Virus record (IMG/VR): IMGVR_UViG_3300042934_000212 | Length of the DNA: 64,000 nt | Source: a virus | Taxonomy: Duplodnaviria > Heunggongvirae > Uroviricota > Caudoviricetes | Reading direction: 5' to 3' (one strand) | Shown here: positions 1 to 9,674 of the stretch, one piece after another | How positions within the stretch are numbered: position 1 is the stretch's first letter | Layout: the number at the start of each line of letters is the position of its first letter | Made by a program: the position numbers and the translations under genes | Notes under the pieces: model-generated | Database searches by the model: none | What the model saw: the letters and a program-made list of their open reading frames with translations, nothing else | Told to the model about the DNA's origin: nothing

Positions 1-81
1 ACCGATATAGCCATCATAGTTTACAGATGACCATGTAACTTTTTCGCCGTCTTTGATTGCAATGATTGCTGGAGTACCCAT
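1..81 (-). CDS. hypothetical early protein, N-terminal part (runs off window)
   Basis: ATG at 81 with GAGAGG RBS; MGTPAIIAIKDGEKVTWSSVNYDGYIG open to the window edge. Confidence 0.7.
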   Translation of the reverse strand, partial: MGTPAIIAIKDGEKVTWSSVNYDGYIG

Positions 82-237
82 TTTTAAATCCTCTCAATTA
101 AAAGTAACATCGTCTCGTTTCGATATAAGAGATTATACGCGAACCAATGTTTAAAGCAAGCGATTTTTAAATCAAAAGTATAATTTCTTTCTAAACAAAA
201 TCGTTGCTTTCTGTCAGTACTATATGATACTATTTCT

Positions 238-318
238 GCGTGGTGCTCTCCTGTCGCCACTGCCTGAGATGATATTCGCTTGCTGTGCTTCGTGGGTAAA
301 ATTTTTACCCACTTTTTT
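238..318 (+). ncRNA. candidate ~80-nt small RNA with anti-Shine-Dalgarno loop
   Basis: TTGCTT..GATACT promoter-like sequence at 204-231; hairpin 240-260 with loop CTCTCCTGT; intrinsic terminator GTGGGTAAA/TTTACCCAC + T7 at 294-318. Confidence 0.45.
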
Positions 319-330
319 TATCTGTACCTA

Positions 331-359
331 TTGACACCACCAGCCAAATAACCGATAAT
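331..359 (+). promoter_or_regulatory. sigma70-type promoter
   Basis: TTGACA-17-GATAAT. Confidence 0.65.
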
Positions 360-367
360 GTTATCAA

Positions 368-490
368 GACGGCGAAACGTCCTTACCCATAGGGTGCGGA
401 GCTATGTCTTTAAAGTACTAATTTTCTTACGGGTATTCCTCCGCACCCTATGGGCTACGCCTTTGTCTCGGCTTATAGGTATTATTGCAT
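368..490. repeat. inverted-repeat element, copy 1
   Basis: GACG-GCGAAA-CGTC hairpin; CCCATAGGGTGCGGAG (386-401) / CTCCGCACCCTATGGG (439-454); conserved tail CTACGCCTTT..GGCTTATAGGTATTATTGCAT shared with copy 2. Confidence 0.9.
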
Positions 491-528
491 TTTTCGGGGA
501 TTGAAGTCAACCCCCGATTTGTAAAGAT

Positions 529-885
529 TTATTCTTCTTGTGTTACACATTCCAGGCGGTAAGTACTGAAATGTTTACGGAATAAATCGCAAGCCTGATC
601 GCCGTTTTCCGCTTGCATTATAATCGAACCTTCTCGATTATTTTTAATATCGAAATATGTTACTATCCAGCCACGCGTTTTGATTTCAGATAGTGGCAAG
701 TGAATTGATCCGCCGCTGGTTAATTGACCTTCAGGATCTTTATTGATTGCTCCCTGGTCGATAGTCAGTGAATAGTTTTCACCATCTACAACGTGGAACA
801 ATTCAACAATCGGATCGATGTTTCCACGTTTGTTTGCGATGCGTTCCAGTGTAGAAAGTACGCCGCGAAGTTCTGATAATCTCAT
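529..885 (-). CDS. hypothetical early protein
   Basis: 118-aa ORF co-oriented with neighbours. Confidence 0.7.
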   Translation of the reverse strand: MRLSELRGVLSTLERIANKRGNIDPIVELFHVVDGENYSLTIDQGAINKDPEGQLTSGGSIHLPLSEIKTRGWIVTYFDIKNNREGSIIMQAENGDQACDLFRKHFSTYRLECVTQEE

Positions 886-924
886 TTAAAATTTACTCTC
901 GTTTGTTGGTATGTGGTAATAGTA

Positions 925-1323
925 CTATAGTACTTCAGAAGGTACAAGCATATTTTCAAAGTATTTGATTAAATCGCAAAGTAGCTTGTAGCGTAATTGT
1001 CCCTGCTTAGAATCCATTACGCACACATTACGCTGTAACCAATACATATCACGGGCTTTCAAATAGTCGCCGGTCATTTGATATTCAACCGGATAATCTG
1101 GATTAAGCCCCATTTCTTCAAATATTGGCTTAAGGAATTCGTCATCAATTCCAGATTCTTCACTGTTAGGAGTGTGGGCGAATACGTGCCAGCAGATACC
1201 ATGCTGTCTGGTTAGGTTGAATGATTCACCGTTGATAGTGGTGTAAGTACTATCACGATCTAAACAGTCTTTCATTGCTGTCAGTACATTCAAAACCAAT
1301 TTAGCTTGTTCAGTGCGTTCCAT
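925..1323 (-). CDS. hypothetical early protein
   Basis: 132-aa ORF, GAGG RBS. Confidence 0.75.
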   Translation of the reverse strand: MERTEQAKLVLNVLTAMKDCLDRDSTYTTINGESFNLTRQHGICWHVFAHTPNSEESGIDDEFLKPIFEEMGLNPDYPVEYQMTGDYLKARDMYWLQRNVCVMDSKQGQLRYKLLCDLIKYFENMLVPSEVL

Positions 1324-1456
1324 TGTCTAGCCTCTTAATTAAAATTGTTTCGTTTCGATATAGAGAATTCTACACTACTCGAAAGATTAAACAAGTACTT
1401 TTTAAAACTATTTTAAAACTCTCTGTAATTCATTCTAAGCGACTTTCTACTAACCC

Positions 1457-1741
1457 TTATAACTTCAATGATTCAGCGTTAAAAGCCCCGCTAATTGGCT
1501 TACAGGGAAGATCTATAGCATATCCTACCTGCTTTAGTACTACATAAGCCGCCGATTGTAATTTAGCATTCCACGCCATATCATAGATCCGGCGTTGCTG
1601 TAGTTTCCCGCCAACAACAAAGGCTAGATAACCGCTAGGGCATTTCTCCGCACGTCCTCGGTGATCCTGTCCAGTAGTAGTCATGGTCTTTGCAATACGC
1701 GTACCAGGATCAATAAGGCTTGATAGTGGTTTTAGTTTCAT
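1457..1741 (-). CDS. hypothetical protein
   Basis: 94-aa ORF. Confidence 0.5.
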   Translation of the reverse strand: MKLKPLSSLIDPGTRIAKTMTTTGQDHRGRAEKCPSGYLAFVVGGKLQQRRIYDMAWNAKLQSAAYVVLKQVGYAIDLPCKPISGAFNAESLKL

Positions 1742-1888
1742 AGGCGTTTCATCTCATTTAAAAGGTATAGTCTAAAACGCTCTGTAAACGATTCTAAGCG
1801 TTTCTGATAGTACAATGCTAAATCGTATCGCTGTACTATCAGAAATGCTTAACGGGGCATTTAAGCCCCGTTACGCTGTATTACTTTA

Positions 1889-2533
1889 TTACTTTGCCGC
1901 TTCAGGTGCATCGACGCGATATTTTTCGATAAAGGCTTCACGGTCTAAGTTGCTTTCCGCTACCAGGTCTTTGAGTTCCTGGGACATGTTGCCTTTTTCT
2001 GGCATATCGTATTCTTTGCCGCCGACTTTAACCGTTACGCGGTTATAAGTGCTGTTAGTATTAGAAGCCGCTGTTTTGAGCTTCGCAGCACCTGCCGCCA
2101 CCGCTGCCTGAGCAACCGCCAGATCTACACCGTTATCTAACAGAATCTGAAGCATTTTTTTGCCTTCTTCTTCTGCATGTTTGCGGGCTTCTTCTGCCAT
2201 GCGTTCACGTTCTGCCTGGGCTTTCTGGCGTGCTTCTTCACGTGCTTTTTCCTGGCGTTCTGCTTCTTCTTTCTGGAACTGTACAGCCGCCGGGATTGCT
2301 TTTGCAGTCGCCGCCAGGATTTTGGCGATTAAAGAAGTATCGGTTTGTTTTTCAACAAAGTATTGTGCCAGGTTAGTCGATACCGTGTTGATGTGATCCT
2401 GTACACCTTCTTTGTGTTTTGCCAGAACTTCCTTAGAATGCGTCTGGCCTTCTTCTGGAGCTTCCAGAACTGGAGCAGATGCGAACAGGATTGAGTTCAG
2501 TGTAACTTTTGGAGCTTTAGAAGTGTTAGCCAT
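1889..2533 (-). CDS. H-NS-like coiled-coil protein (putative nucleoid protein or H-NS antagonist)
   Basis: charged coiled coil, then MLQILLDNGVDL (cf. H-NS MLIADGIDP) and C-terminal KGNMSQELKDLVAESNLDREAFI (cf. [24 protein letters not shown]); AAAGGA RBS; hairpin at 1850-1872 downstream. Confidence 0.5.
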   Translation of the reverse strand: MANTSKAPKVTLNSILFASAPVLEAPEEGQTHSKEVLAKHKEGVQDHINTVSTNLAQYFVEKQTDTSLIAKILAATAKAIPAAVQFQKEEAERQEKAREEARQKAQAERERMAEEARKHAEEEGKKMLQILLDNGVDLAVAQAAVAAGAAKLKTAASNTNSTYNRVTVKVGGKEYDMPEKGNMSQELKDLVAESNLDREAFIEKYRVDAPEAAK

Positions 2534-2594
2534 GATTTTGATTCCTTTAAGTTTAAGTTTAATTTGTTTGGCCTAGTTGTTTCGGCTTAATTAA

Positions 2595-2990
2595 AAGATA
2601 CTGCATTTGTTTCTATCGGTCAACTACTATTTTCAACTTTCTAGAAACTTTTTTTCGTTAATCATTTGGCGGTAGATAGGACGCTAACAGTTAGTTAGCC
2701 TTTATAACGCTACGTTGCCTTTTCGGTCATACGCTGAAACAGTACAATCTATTCTTGCCCTGTTTCCGTTTCCTATCATCCGGCGAACCTTGCCGCCTCC
2801 TGATAACCAACATTCTACACTTTCCTTTCTAACTAGCAAGCACTTTCTCAAAACTTTTTTTCGTTCTATCCGAAAGAGAGTTTCTATCGTTGGGACTTGC
2901 TAGCCAGGTTGTTAAAGAGCGGTGTTTCTTGTTGATGTGGTAATAGTACACTAACCAAAAAACTACGCAAGCACTTTCTTATAAAAACTT
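2595..2990 (-). promoter_or_regulatory. cluster of leftward sigma70-type early promoters
   Basis: TTGACC..TATCTT (~2595-2623), TTGCTA..TAGAAT (~2812-2839), TTGCGT..TACTAT (~2944-2970); two share upstream GCAAGCACTTTCT on the + strand. Confidence 0.55.
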
Positions 2991-3217
2991 ATAACTTTTT
3001 TCAGTACTCTGTTTTCTTCCTTTATACGCGTAAAAGAAAACTACAACTCATAGGACGCATTCACAGCCCTTTAAAGTACAAAGACACGTAAACGCCAGGC
3101 CTTTCCTTATCCCTCTTTATAATGCGTTTCAGCCCCTTCTATATAGAAGAAACTATTTTCAATCTTTTTAAAGAAAATGCTTGCTTCCCTGATTCAGTAC
3201 TGTATAATTACTTACAT

Positions 3218-3340
3218 CAGAGCGAAATCTGTTATCCCATAGGGTGCGGAGATCCGTCTATTGCTTTTTACTTTTTCACCAGGCAGATCCCCGCACCCTA
3301 TGGGCTACGCCTTTTGTCTGGCTTATAGGTATTATTGCAT
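3218..3340. repeat. inverted-repeat element, copy 2
   Basis: CAGA-GCGAAA-TCTG hairpin; CCCATAGGGTGCGG (3236-3249) / CCGCACCCTATGGG (3291-3304); same 69-bp span and tail as copy 1. Confidence 0.9.
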
Positions 3341-3501
3341 AATTAAATCAGTACTGTCAACAAAAAAGATTTTTAAAATAATTGTTGATCTCATCGCTGG
3401 TTATGTTATTATTAATCCGTCAACACGAAAAGACAGCTACTGATTCTGCCTGGTATTAACCAGACGCGGAAGGGGAGCTAATGGGAGAACGCCGGAAAAA
3501 A

Positions 3502-3637
3502 GCGTTTAGCCGTCTAAACGTCCAGATGGTCAGCCATCTAGGGGTCTAGCCGTTTAGCCATCTAAAAGGCTGGAGGTCTACACGTCTAGAAGTACAGCCA
3601 TCTTTACATCTACACTGCCAGAAGTCTATCCATCCAT
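3502..3637. repeat. 17 tandem degenerate octamers, consensus (C/A)CRTCTAG
   Basis: exact 8-bp phase: gcgtttag ccgtctaa acgtccag atggtcag ccatctag gggtctag ccgtttag ccatctaa ... aagtctat ccatccat. Confidence 0.85.
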
Positions 3638-3648
3638 TGATAGCAGAT

Positions 3649-3692
3649 AGGGATAGTACACCCAAAATTCAGGGATAGTACACCCAAAATTC
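3649..3692. repeat. perfect 22-bp tandem duplication
   Basis: AGGGATAGTACACCCAAAATTC x2. Confidence 0.95.
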
Positions 3693-4586
3693 CACCAGCG
3701 ATTATATACATCTTTTCTGTACTATTGTCGCTAGGAGTATTCTTACTCAAAGATTAATAGTACTTAAGATATGCCCTGTCACATTTCTGTAACTACAGCA
3801 AGAATTATCTTAAGTACTATTCAAGAATACGTCCAATTACTTTCCATTAACTCAGTACTAAGATTCCTGAGCAAGCAGTTGTCAGTCAAGATTGAACTTC
3901 GTACATTACGAGGGGAATCGCGTTGTACCGCTGTTTCAAGTAAGAACCATCCTGGTTAATCCTCTCCACAACGTAGAACTATTCTAACAGAACAGATTTA
4001 AACGTCAACCTTTATCTCCACAATTTCCTCACATTTTATTATTTCATAGTACTGAAACTTTGTACAGTACTGTGATTATCACCATCTCCAATCTAAATTT
4101 AAAACTAATCTGAATTCACGGTTCCTTTAAACATTTTTTGTACTTTTGAAGATCCAGCAAAAATCTCGAAGGTACTCCAAATTTTTCAGGATCGAGTTTT
4201 TAGTTCATCAACCTTCCAGATTTTTCCCAACCTCATGTTAGCATTTTGAAAAAAGGTGCGTGATACAAAAAGTGCTATTGTCATTCGACTTCAGGAAGAG
4301 ATATAGCGGCAGGGGGTAACAGTACTGAATGATAGTAGGTAGTACTGTTATCGTGCTATCCTGTACTATTGTATGTTATGCTTTACCTTCTATTACTCCA
4401 AGACCTATACATATTCTAGTAATATTAAAGTACTTTAAACATTAATGTTAACCTTCGTAAACGCGATATAAGCGTGTTTGAATCCTGTCGATATCGCAAT
4501 GCATATCTCCATGAAACAAACAGAGGCTGTTATAGAGCGTTGTAGAGCGTTATATGGGGTATTTGGAGTATGTTTTAGGAGCGGGC

Positions 4587-4618
4587 ATTTTTGTTTTTGG
4601 GGTAAATACGTATATTAA
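4587..4618 (+). promoter_or_regulatory. late-promoter cassette (TAAATA)
   Basis: TTTTTGTTTTTGGGGTAAATACG, repeated at ~6382-6410 and ~7609-7640 upstream of MLPF genes; resembles T4 late TATAAATA. Confidence 0.7.
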
Positions 4619-4637
4619 ATTAATAGGAGAGTGTAAA

Positions 4638-4688
4638 GTGTTACCATTTCCAATTATAAGTAGGAGAAAGAGAAATGTTACCATTTAG
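4638..4688 (+). pseudogene. MLPF-family 5' remnant (mini-ORF MLPFPIISRRKRNVTI)
   Basis: AGGAGA RBS + GTGTTACCATTTCCAATTATAAG, matching the family leader, fused directly to the next gene's RBS. Confidence 0.65.
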
Positions 4689-5184
4689 TATAATGAGTCA
4701 GTACGGGAACGTAGTGGTCAGGGATGATTACACCAGATTTGTAACTGAGTTAACTAATGACAGTACAAACAAGGCAGTAACGGGGAATCAGAGTTACAGT
4801 GCTATTAGTGGAAGTACATACAGCAGGGTATATATGTATGGTTCTACTGTAGTTGGTGGTACGATGTGGGGAACGCCTTATGGTTCTAGAATGACATGGG
4901 ATAGTTCATTTGGACATGCAATCCAGCATTGTTTTCCTACACAGGAATTATACAATGATTTCATTGCTAGTACAAACGACAGCAGGGTAGTATGTTTAGT
5001 ACGTTCAGCTATTACTTCAGGTTCTAATTATATAAGCTTGTCTAGGAATGGATATACCAGTTCTACCTATGGTACATTTAGTGGATTAACGGTAGATCAG
5101 TTCATTTATTATGATCCTAACAGTGCAAGGGTTATGACATATAATCCAGGTACTATTAGTACCCCCACGTTCTATTACACATAA
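4675..5184 (+). CDS. MLPF-family putative virion protein
   Basis: MLPFSIMSQYGN leader; S/T/G/Y-rich; late promoter upstream. Confidence 0.75.
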   Translation: MLPFSIMSQYGNVVVRDDYTRFVTELTNDSTNKAVTGNQSYSAISGSTYSRVYMYGSTVVGGTMWGTPYGSRMTWDSSFGHAIQHCFPTQELYNDFIASTNDSRVVCLVRSAITSGSNYISLSRNGYTSSTYGTFSGLTVDQFIYYDPNSARVMTYNPGTISTPTFYYT

Positions 5185-5194
5185 GGAGAGAGAA

Positions 5195-6352
5195 ATGTTA
5201 CCATTTCCAATTATAAACAAATACGGGAATGTAGTAGTTGAGAGTTCTATAAAGAAAATGACTGCTTCATCTCAAACAATAGCAATACTATACACTAATG
5301 GAAATTTATACATGCGTGGTACTAACCAGTACAATTCATTTGGAGTTACTGGTGGAAGTACTACAGATTGGACATTATGTAATAGTGATGTTGACGACGT
5401 ATGGTGTGGTTATTATCACACTATAGTTAAGTTAAAGAATGGTGAGTACTGGTGTGCTGGTTTTTACCGTTCATTGGGTACTAACTCAGGTACTACCACA
5501 TGGGCTAAGTATCAGAAGTTACATGATTTACTGACCGCGAACCCTACATTGACTATATTACAGATACAGACTGGTCAGCAGGGAACGCACGTACTGTTAT
5601 CGAATAACAAGTTATATTCTATTGGATATAACGCGAGTTATTGTTTATTACCTGCATCGGCTGCTGGAAATGGTGCATCAGTACAGACCTTTACTTTATC
5701 CTATACTGGAGCGAAGAAGGTATGTACAAATATAAACGCAGGGATGATAATTACTACTGCGAATAAGTTAATGGTAATGGGTTCATCTGACAACTACAAG
5801 TTAGGTTCAGGCAATGGTACTTTAACTGCTTGGACGGCGGCGACGTTGCCGAGTGGTTATACATATGTAATAGATATACACGAGGGATACCGAGATACAT
5901 TAGTATATGCTGCACCTGACAGTACTGGAGCGAACGCAAGGATATTAATGTCGGGATACAATGGATATAACACATTAGGTTTAAATCCTAATACTGCTTC
6001 TAGTACATTACAGACATATACAGCGAGTAACGTTGCGACTTCAGTATTAAGTTTTGGTACAGGTTGGATGGGTTTAACTTATCAGGGATTTTATGTTGAT
6101 GGTACTACATTATATACATCAGGTGTTAACGGAGCGAACATAGGTTCTAAGACAGATAAGAGTTCTGGATATACTGCTGTTCCATTTACAGATACACATA
6201 CAGGAACGATTGACAGTTTTGGTATATTAGGATTGAGTAACAGTAATGCGTGTACGTTTGTGTTATCTAATAATAACATATATGCTATTGGTGTGGCTTC
6301 GTGGTTAGGTACTGACACATATACATTAACAAGACAGAACAAGCCTGAGTGA
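5195..6352 (+). CDS. MLPF-family RCC1/BLIP-II-like beta-propeller, putative virion protein
   Basis: repeats such as GNLYMRGTNQYNSFG, KLYSIGYN, KLMVMGSSDNYKLG. Confidence 0.8.
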   Translation: MLPFPIINKYGNVVVESSIKKMTASSQTIAILYTNGNLYMRGTNQYNSFGVTGGSTTDWTLCNSDVDDVWCGYYHTIVKLKNGEYWCAGFYRSLGTNSGTTTWAKYQKLHDLLTANPTLTILQIQTGQQGTHVLLSNNKLYSIGYNASYCLLPASAAGNGASVQTFTLSYTGAKKVCTNINAGMIITTANKLMVMGSSDNYKLGSGNGTLTAWTAATLPSGYTYVIDIHEGYRDTLVYAAPDSTGANARILMSGYNGYNTLGLNPNTASSTLQTYTASNVATSVLSFGTGWMGLTYQGFYVDGTTLYTSGVNGANIGSKTDKSSGYTAVPFTDTHTGTIDSFGILGLSNSNACTFVLSNNNIYAIGVASWLGTDTYTLTRQNKPE

Positions 6353-6360
6353 TTTAAATA

Positions 6361-6387
6361 GCCCGTTAATGATAAACGGGCTTTTTT
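6361..6387 (+). terminator. intrinsic terminator
   Basis: GCCCGTT/AACGGGC stem + T-run. Confidence 0.75.
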
Positions 6388-6438
6388 GTTTTTGGGGTAA
6401 ATACGCATACTAATAATAATAAAAGCAGGGGAGGATTT

Positions 6439-7575
6439 ATGTTGCCATTTAGTATAATGAATCAGTACGGAAACAATATAGTTTTTGCTAAGATAAAGAA
6501 GATTAGTACTGGTAATAATCACGTAGTTGTTCTTGGTCAGGACGGCACTCTTTACGGAAGGGGCAGGAATACCAATGGTCAATTGGGATTAGGTGATAGT
6601 AATAATAGGGTTGATTGGACTGAGATACGTACTGGTGTCGATGATGTTTGGTGTTCTGAGTTTGGAGTATTGATAAAGAATAGTGATGGTACATGGATGA
6701 CTAGTGGTATATTGAGGGTTATGAATTCATCTGCTAGTACTATATTTGTTGATTGTACCTCGGCTTTTAATACGTTACCTGCTGGTGTGGCGATAAGACA
6801 GTTAGTAGTTTCATCTAGGTGTATAATGGTATTGCTCATTGATGGTACATTATGGGGTGTGGGTGAAAATGCATACAATGAGCTTACGGGTACTGGAGCT
6901 AAGTATGGTGCATTTCAAAATTTAGTTACACCTAGTACTGCTGTTAAGATATTTGGAGGTTATCAGTCAATGGCTTACCTTGACAGCGAAGGTAAATTTT
7001 ATTACACAGGTATAATAAGCGGTACTAACACATCAGGTGGAACTAGTGTTTCTTCGTTTACATTATATACACCTGTAGGTACTACTTATACTGTAGTAGA
7101 TTTCAAGGGCAGTCAGAGTGGTTGTTTTTTCTTAGTACAGAGGAATGGTATATATCAAATTTATACTGGTGGTTCTGAGTTTTTTGGACAATTAGCTAAC
7201 AATGCAAACTCCAGTACTGTTAGAGCACCTGCTGTTGTTGCTAGTATACCTTTCACACAGCCTATATATAGTTTTTACAGTGGTTATGCATATTATTCAC
7301 AGCATGTAGTTACTTCTGATGGTGTGTATGCAGCAGGGCAGAATAATACTAGTGCATACATAGGTAACTTAGGATTGGGTACAACAACAAATGCATTAAC
7401 ATATTCTATATGTCCATTATCTAATATAGAGGATTACAGTAAAGTACAAGTACATCATTGTTTTAACAGGACTTACTTGTTATATGGTGATAACCTTTAT
7501 GCTTCTGGTATGGACACGACTTATTCTAATATAACTCCTAGTACTACGTATGTAATAGATTCACCAATAATTTAA
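6439..7575 (+). CDS. MLPF-family RCC1-like beta-propeller, putative virion protein
   Basis: ISTGNNHVVVLGQDGTLYGRGRNTNGQLGLG is a canonical RCC1 repeat. Confidence 0.85.
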   Translation: MLPFSIMNQYGNNIVFAKIKKISTGNNHVVVLGQDGTLYGRGRNTNGQLGLGDSNNRVDWTEIRTGVDDVWCSEFGVLIKNSDGTWMTSGILRVMNSSASTIFVDCTSAFNTLPAGVAIRQLVVSSRCIMVLLIDGTLWGVGENAYNELTGTGAKYGAFQNLVTPSTAVKIFGGYQSMAYLDSEGKFYYTGIISGTNTSGGTSVSSFTLYTPVGTTYTVVDFKGSQSGCFFLVQRNGIYQIYTGGSEFFGQLANNANSSTVRAPAVVASIPFTQPIYSFYSGYAYYSQHVVTSDGVYAAGQNNTSAYIGNLGLGTTTNALTYSICPLSNIEDYSKVQVHHCFNRTYLLYGDNLYASGMDTTYSNITPSTTYVIDSPII

Positions 7576-7588
7576 CTATACCAATAAC

Positions 7589-7614
7589 GCCTATTCTTCG
7601 GAATGGGCTTTTTT
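7589..7614 (+). terminator. intrinsic terminator
   Basis: GCCTATTC-TTCG-GAATGGGC + T-run. Confidence 0.8.
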
Positions 7615-7660
7615 GTTTTTGGGGTAAATACGTATATTAATTAATAAGGAGATAATAGGG

Positions 7661-9664
7661 ATGTTACCATTTCAGCCATTATTAGTATATGGGAATACTA
7701 TAATACCTAGCACGAAGAACGTTAAGAAGTTTGCAGTATCGGCGGATTCTGGTACTGGAGTACTGATATTATATAGCAACGGCGATTTGTATGCATTTGG
7801 TACGAATACTAATGGAAAGTTCGGCACAGGCTCTACTACTGCTTTAACCACATGGACATTGATTGCTAGTAATGTTCGATTGTTTACGTGTTCACATAAT
7901 TGTACAATAATTATAAAGAAAGATGGTACTGTATGGTATTCCGGTTCAGTAGATGGTATATTTTCGAATTCGTTTGGGTATTCATTTTCTACAGTATCAT
8001 TATTCACAGATATGACTTCTGCGTTTAGTCAGTTCGATATACCAGGAATTAAGAGTATAGATGCATATGAGGATTCTGGTTCTCGTTGTTTTATTATCGA
8101 CGGTTCAAGTCAGTTATGGGGTATTGGATCTAACCGGTACTATGCATTAGGAACGGGTTCTAGTACTGCGTATGCTAACTGGACTTCTATTGTAAATGGA
8201 GATAACGCACGTAAAGTACATATTGGTTTACAGGTTACATGGATAGAGAAGAATGATAATACTTTCTGGAGGGCGGGATCTAACGCGTTTGGTACATTAG
8301 CTTTCTCATCGTCATCTGCAACTTCGATGAATTTTACGCAATATACTTCAGTTAACGCCACCGCGATACAGTTATCGCAGTACAACTTAACTATATTAGT
8401 CCAGGATGGAACATTACGTTTATATGGAATAAGTTCAAGTGGACAATTAGGTAATGGTAGTACATCAGGTGGTACATTCTTATCACCATATACACCTAGT
8501 TTAACATCTGTTAGGGGATTATCCGACAGCACAGGTGGATTATACAGTACTTTAATCAAGGGTGGTATAAGCACATACAGTACTGGAGCGAACACTAATG
8601 GTATGTTAGCTATAGGTAGCGGTACTGCACCGACTTCATTTACCCAATCATTTACTGGAGTAATGTCTAATTTGGATTATGCTAATTTAGCGTTTTATAC
8701 TTTCGGTTCTGGTGCATCATATGCAGTTATTGATGATGAGGTATATGCTTCCGGTTCTGCTGCAATGACTTTATCTAGTACAGAATCAGTTACATGGACA
8801 TTGATGACTACTCCAAATTCTGTTTTGTGGGGAAATGCTAAGTACGTAAGTACATTAAGCAACATCAGTACTACTACACCTAACATGACGAGATATAGTC
8901 ACAGTCGTTGTCGATATGGTAATGATAAGTTCATTATATATGGTGGATACAATGGTTCAATACTTAATGACATTAACATATATGATGCTAATACAGAGAC
9001 GTGGAGTTCGGTGCCTGTTACTGATACTACACAAGGGCGATTTGGTTCTGGTATAACAGTATATCAGGATAAGTTATATGTTTTTGCTGGTAATAACACT
9101 AGTAGTGGAACTACTAACACGATGTACAGCGTAGATTTAGTTACAGGAGTATGGACGACACTAACTACTACAAATACTCCGGCTTCTCGGTCGCATGTAA
9201 GAATGTGTACGATTGGTAGTATAATATATGTATGGGGTGGTGAGGGTTATAGTTCTTTCTATTCATTTAATCCAGTAACGAATGCGTTTACTACATTAAC
9301 GAATTCGCCTATTACATCTAACATTGATTCTGATATGGTAACTGATGGTGTAGATGTTTATGTTAACGCTAATAATTCTACATGGACTAAGTATGATGTT
9401 AGTACTGGATTGTGGTGTACATTGGCGACTAAGCCTAGTAGTTCAGCAATGAAGATGACATATTCTAATGGTAACATATATGGTAGTGTGTCAGCGGGTA
9501 CTGGATTATACGTATACCGAATTGCTAGTAACATATGGACACCGATAAGTTCAGTGACATTACCCAATACATCCAGACAGTGTTTAAGTTCAGGTGCTGG
9601 TAAGGTATACTACAGTGGTGGTGTTAATTCTTCCGCAACATCAAACTTCTATAAAATTGAATAA
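7661..9664 (+). CDS. MLPF-family RCC1 + Kelch double-propeller protein
   Basis: N-terminal RCC1 repeats; C-terminal Kelch repeats (FIIYGGY..YD...TW, LYVFAG, IYVWGG). Confidence 0.85.
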   Translation: MLPFQPLLVYGNTIIPSTKNVKKFAVSADSGTGVLILYSNGDLYAFGTNTNGKFGTGSTTALTTWTLIASNVRLFTCSHNCTIIIKKDGTVWYSGSVDGIFSNSFGYSFSTVSLFTDMTSAFSQFDIPGIKSIDAYEDSGSRCFIIDGSSQLWGIGSNRYYALGTGSSTAYANWTSIVNGDNARKVHIGLQVTWIEKNDNTFWRAGSNAFGTLAFSSSSATSMNFTQYTSVNATAIQLSQYNLTILVQDGTLRLYGISSSGQLGNGSTSGGTFLSPYTPSLTSVRGLSDSTGGLYSTLIKGGISTYSTGANTNGMLAIGSGTAPTSFTQSFTGVMSNLDYANLAFYTFGSGASYAVIDDEVYASGSAAMTLSSTESVTWTLMTTPNSVLWGNAKYVSTLSNISTTTPNMTRYSHSRCRYGNDKFIIYGGYNGSILNDINIYDANTETWSSVPVTDTTQGRFGSGITVYQDKLYVFAGNNTSSGTTNTMYSVDLVTGVWTTLTTTNTPASRSHVRMCTIGSIIYVWGGEGYSSFYSFNPVTNAFTTLTNSPITSNIDSDMVTDGVDVYVNANNSTWTKYDVSTGLWCTLATKPSSSAMKMTYSNGNIYGSVSAGTGLYVYRIASNIWTPISSVTLPNTSRQCLSSGAGKVYYSGGVNSSATSNFYKIE

Positions 9665-9674
9665 GGAGAGGGAA

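Noticed and set aside
1414-1805. Degenerate AAAAC(T/G)CTCTGTAA..ATTCTAAGCG repeat flanking ORF 1457-1741
   Set aside because: Only two short imperfect copies; too weak to assign a function.
386-3304. CRISPR-like repeat-spacer-repeat reading of the two 69-bp elements
   Set aside because: The arms are inverted, not direct; only two isolated copies; no cas genes in the window.
2715-3959. Short plus-strand ORFs in the promoter/repeat region
   Set aside because: 60-68 aa, no RBS, overlapping promoters and repeats.
9594-9674. N-terminal extension of the 415-aa ORF
   Set aside because: Overlaps the upstream gene; the family leader and RBS place the start at 9675.
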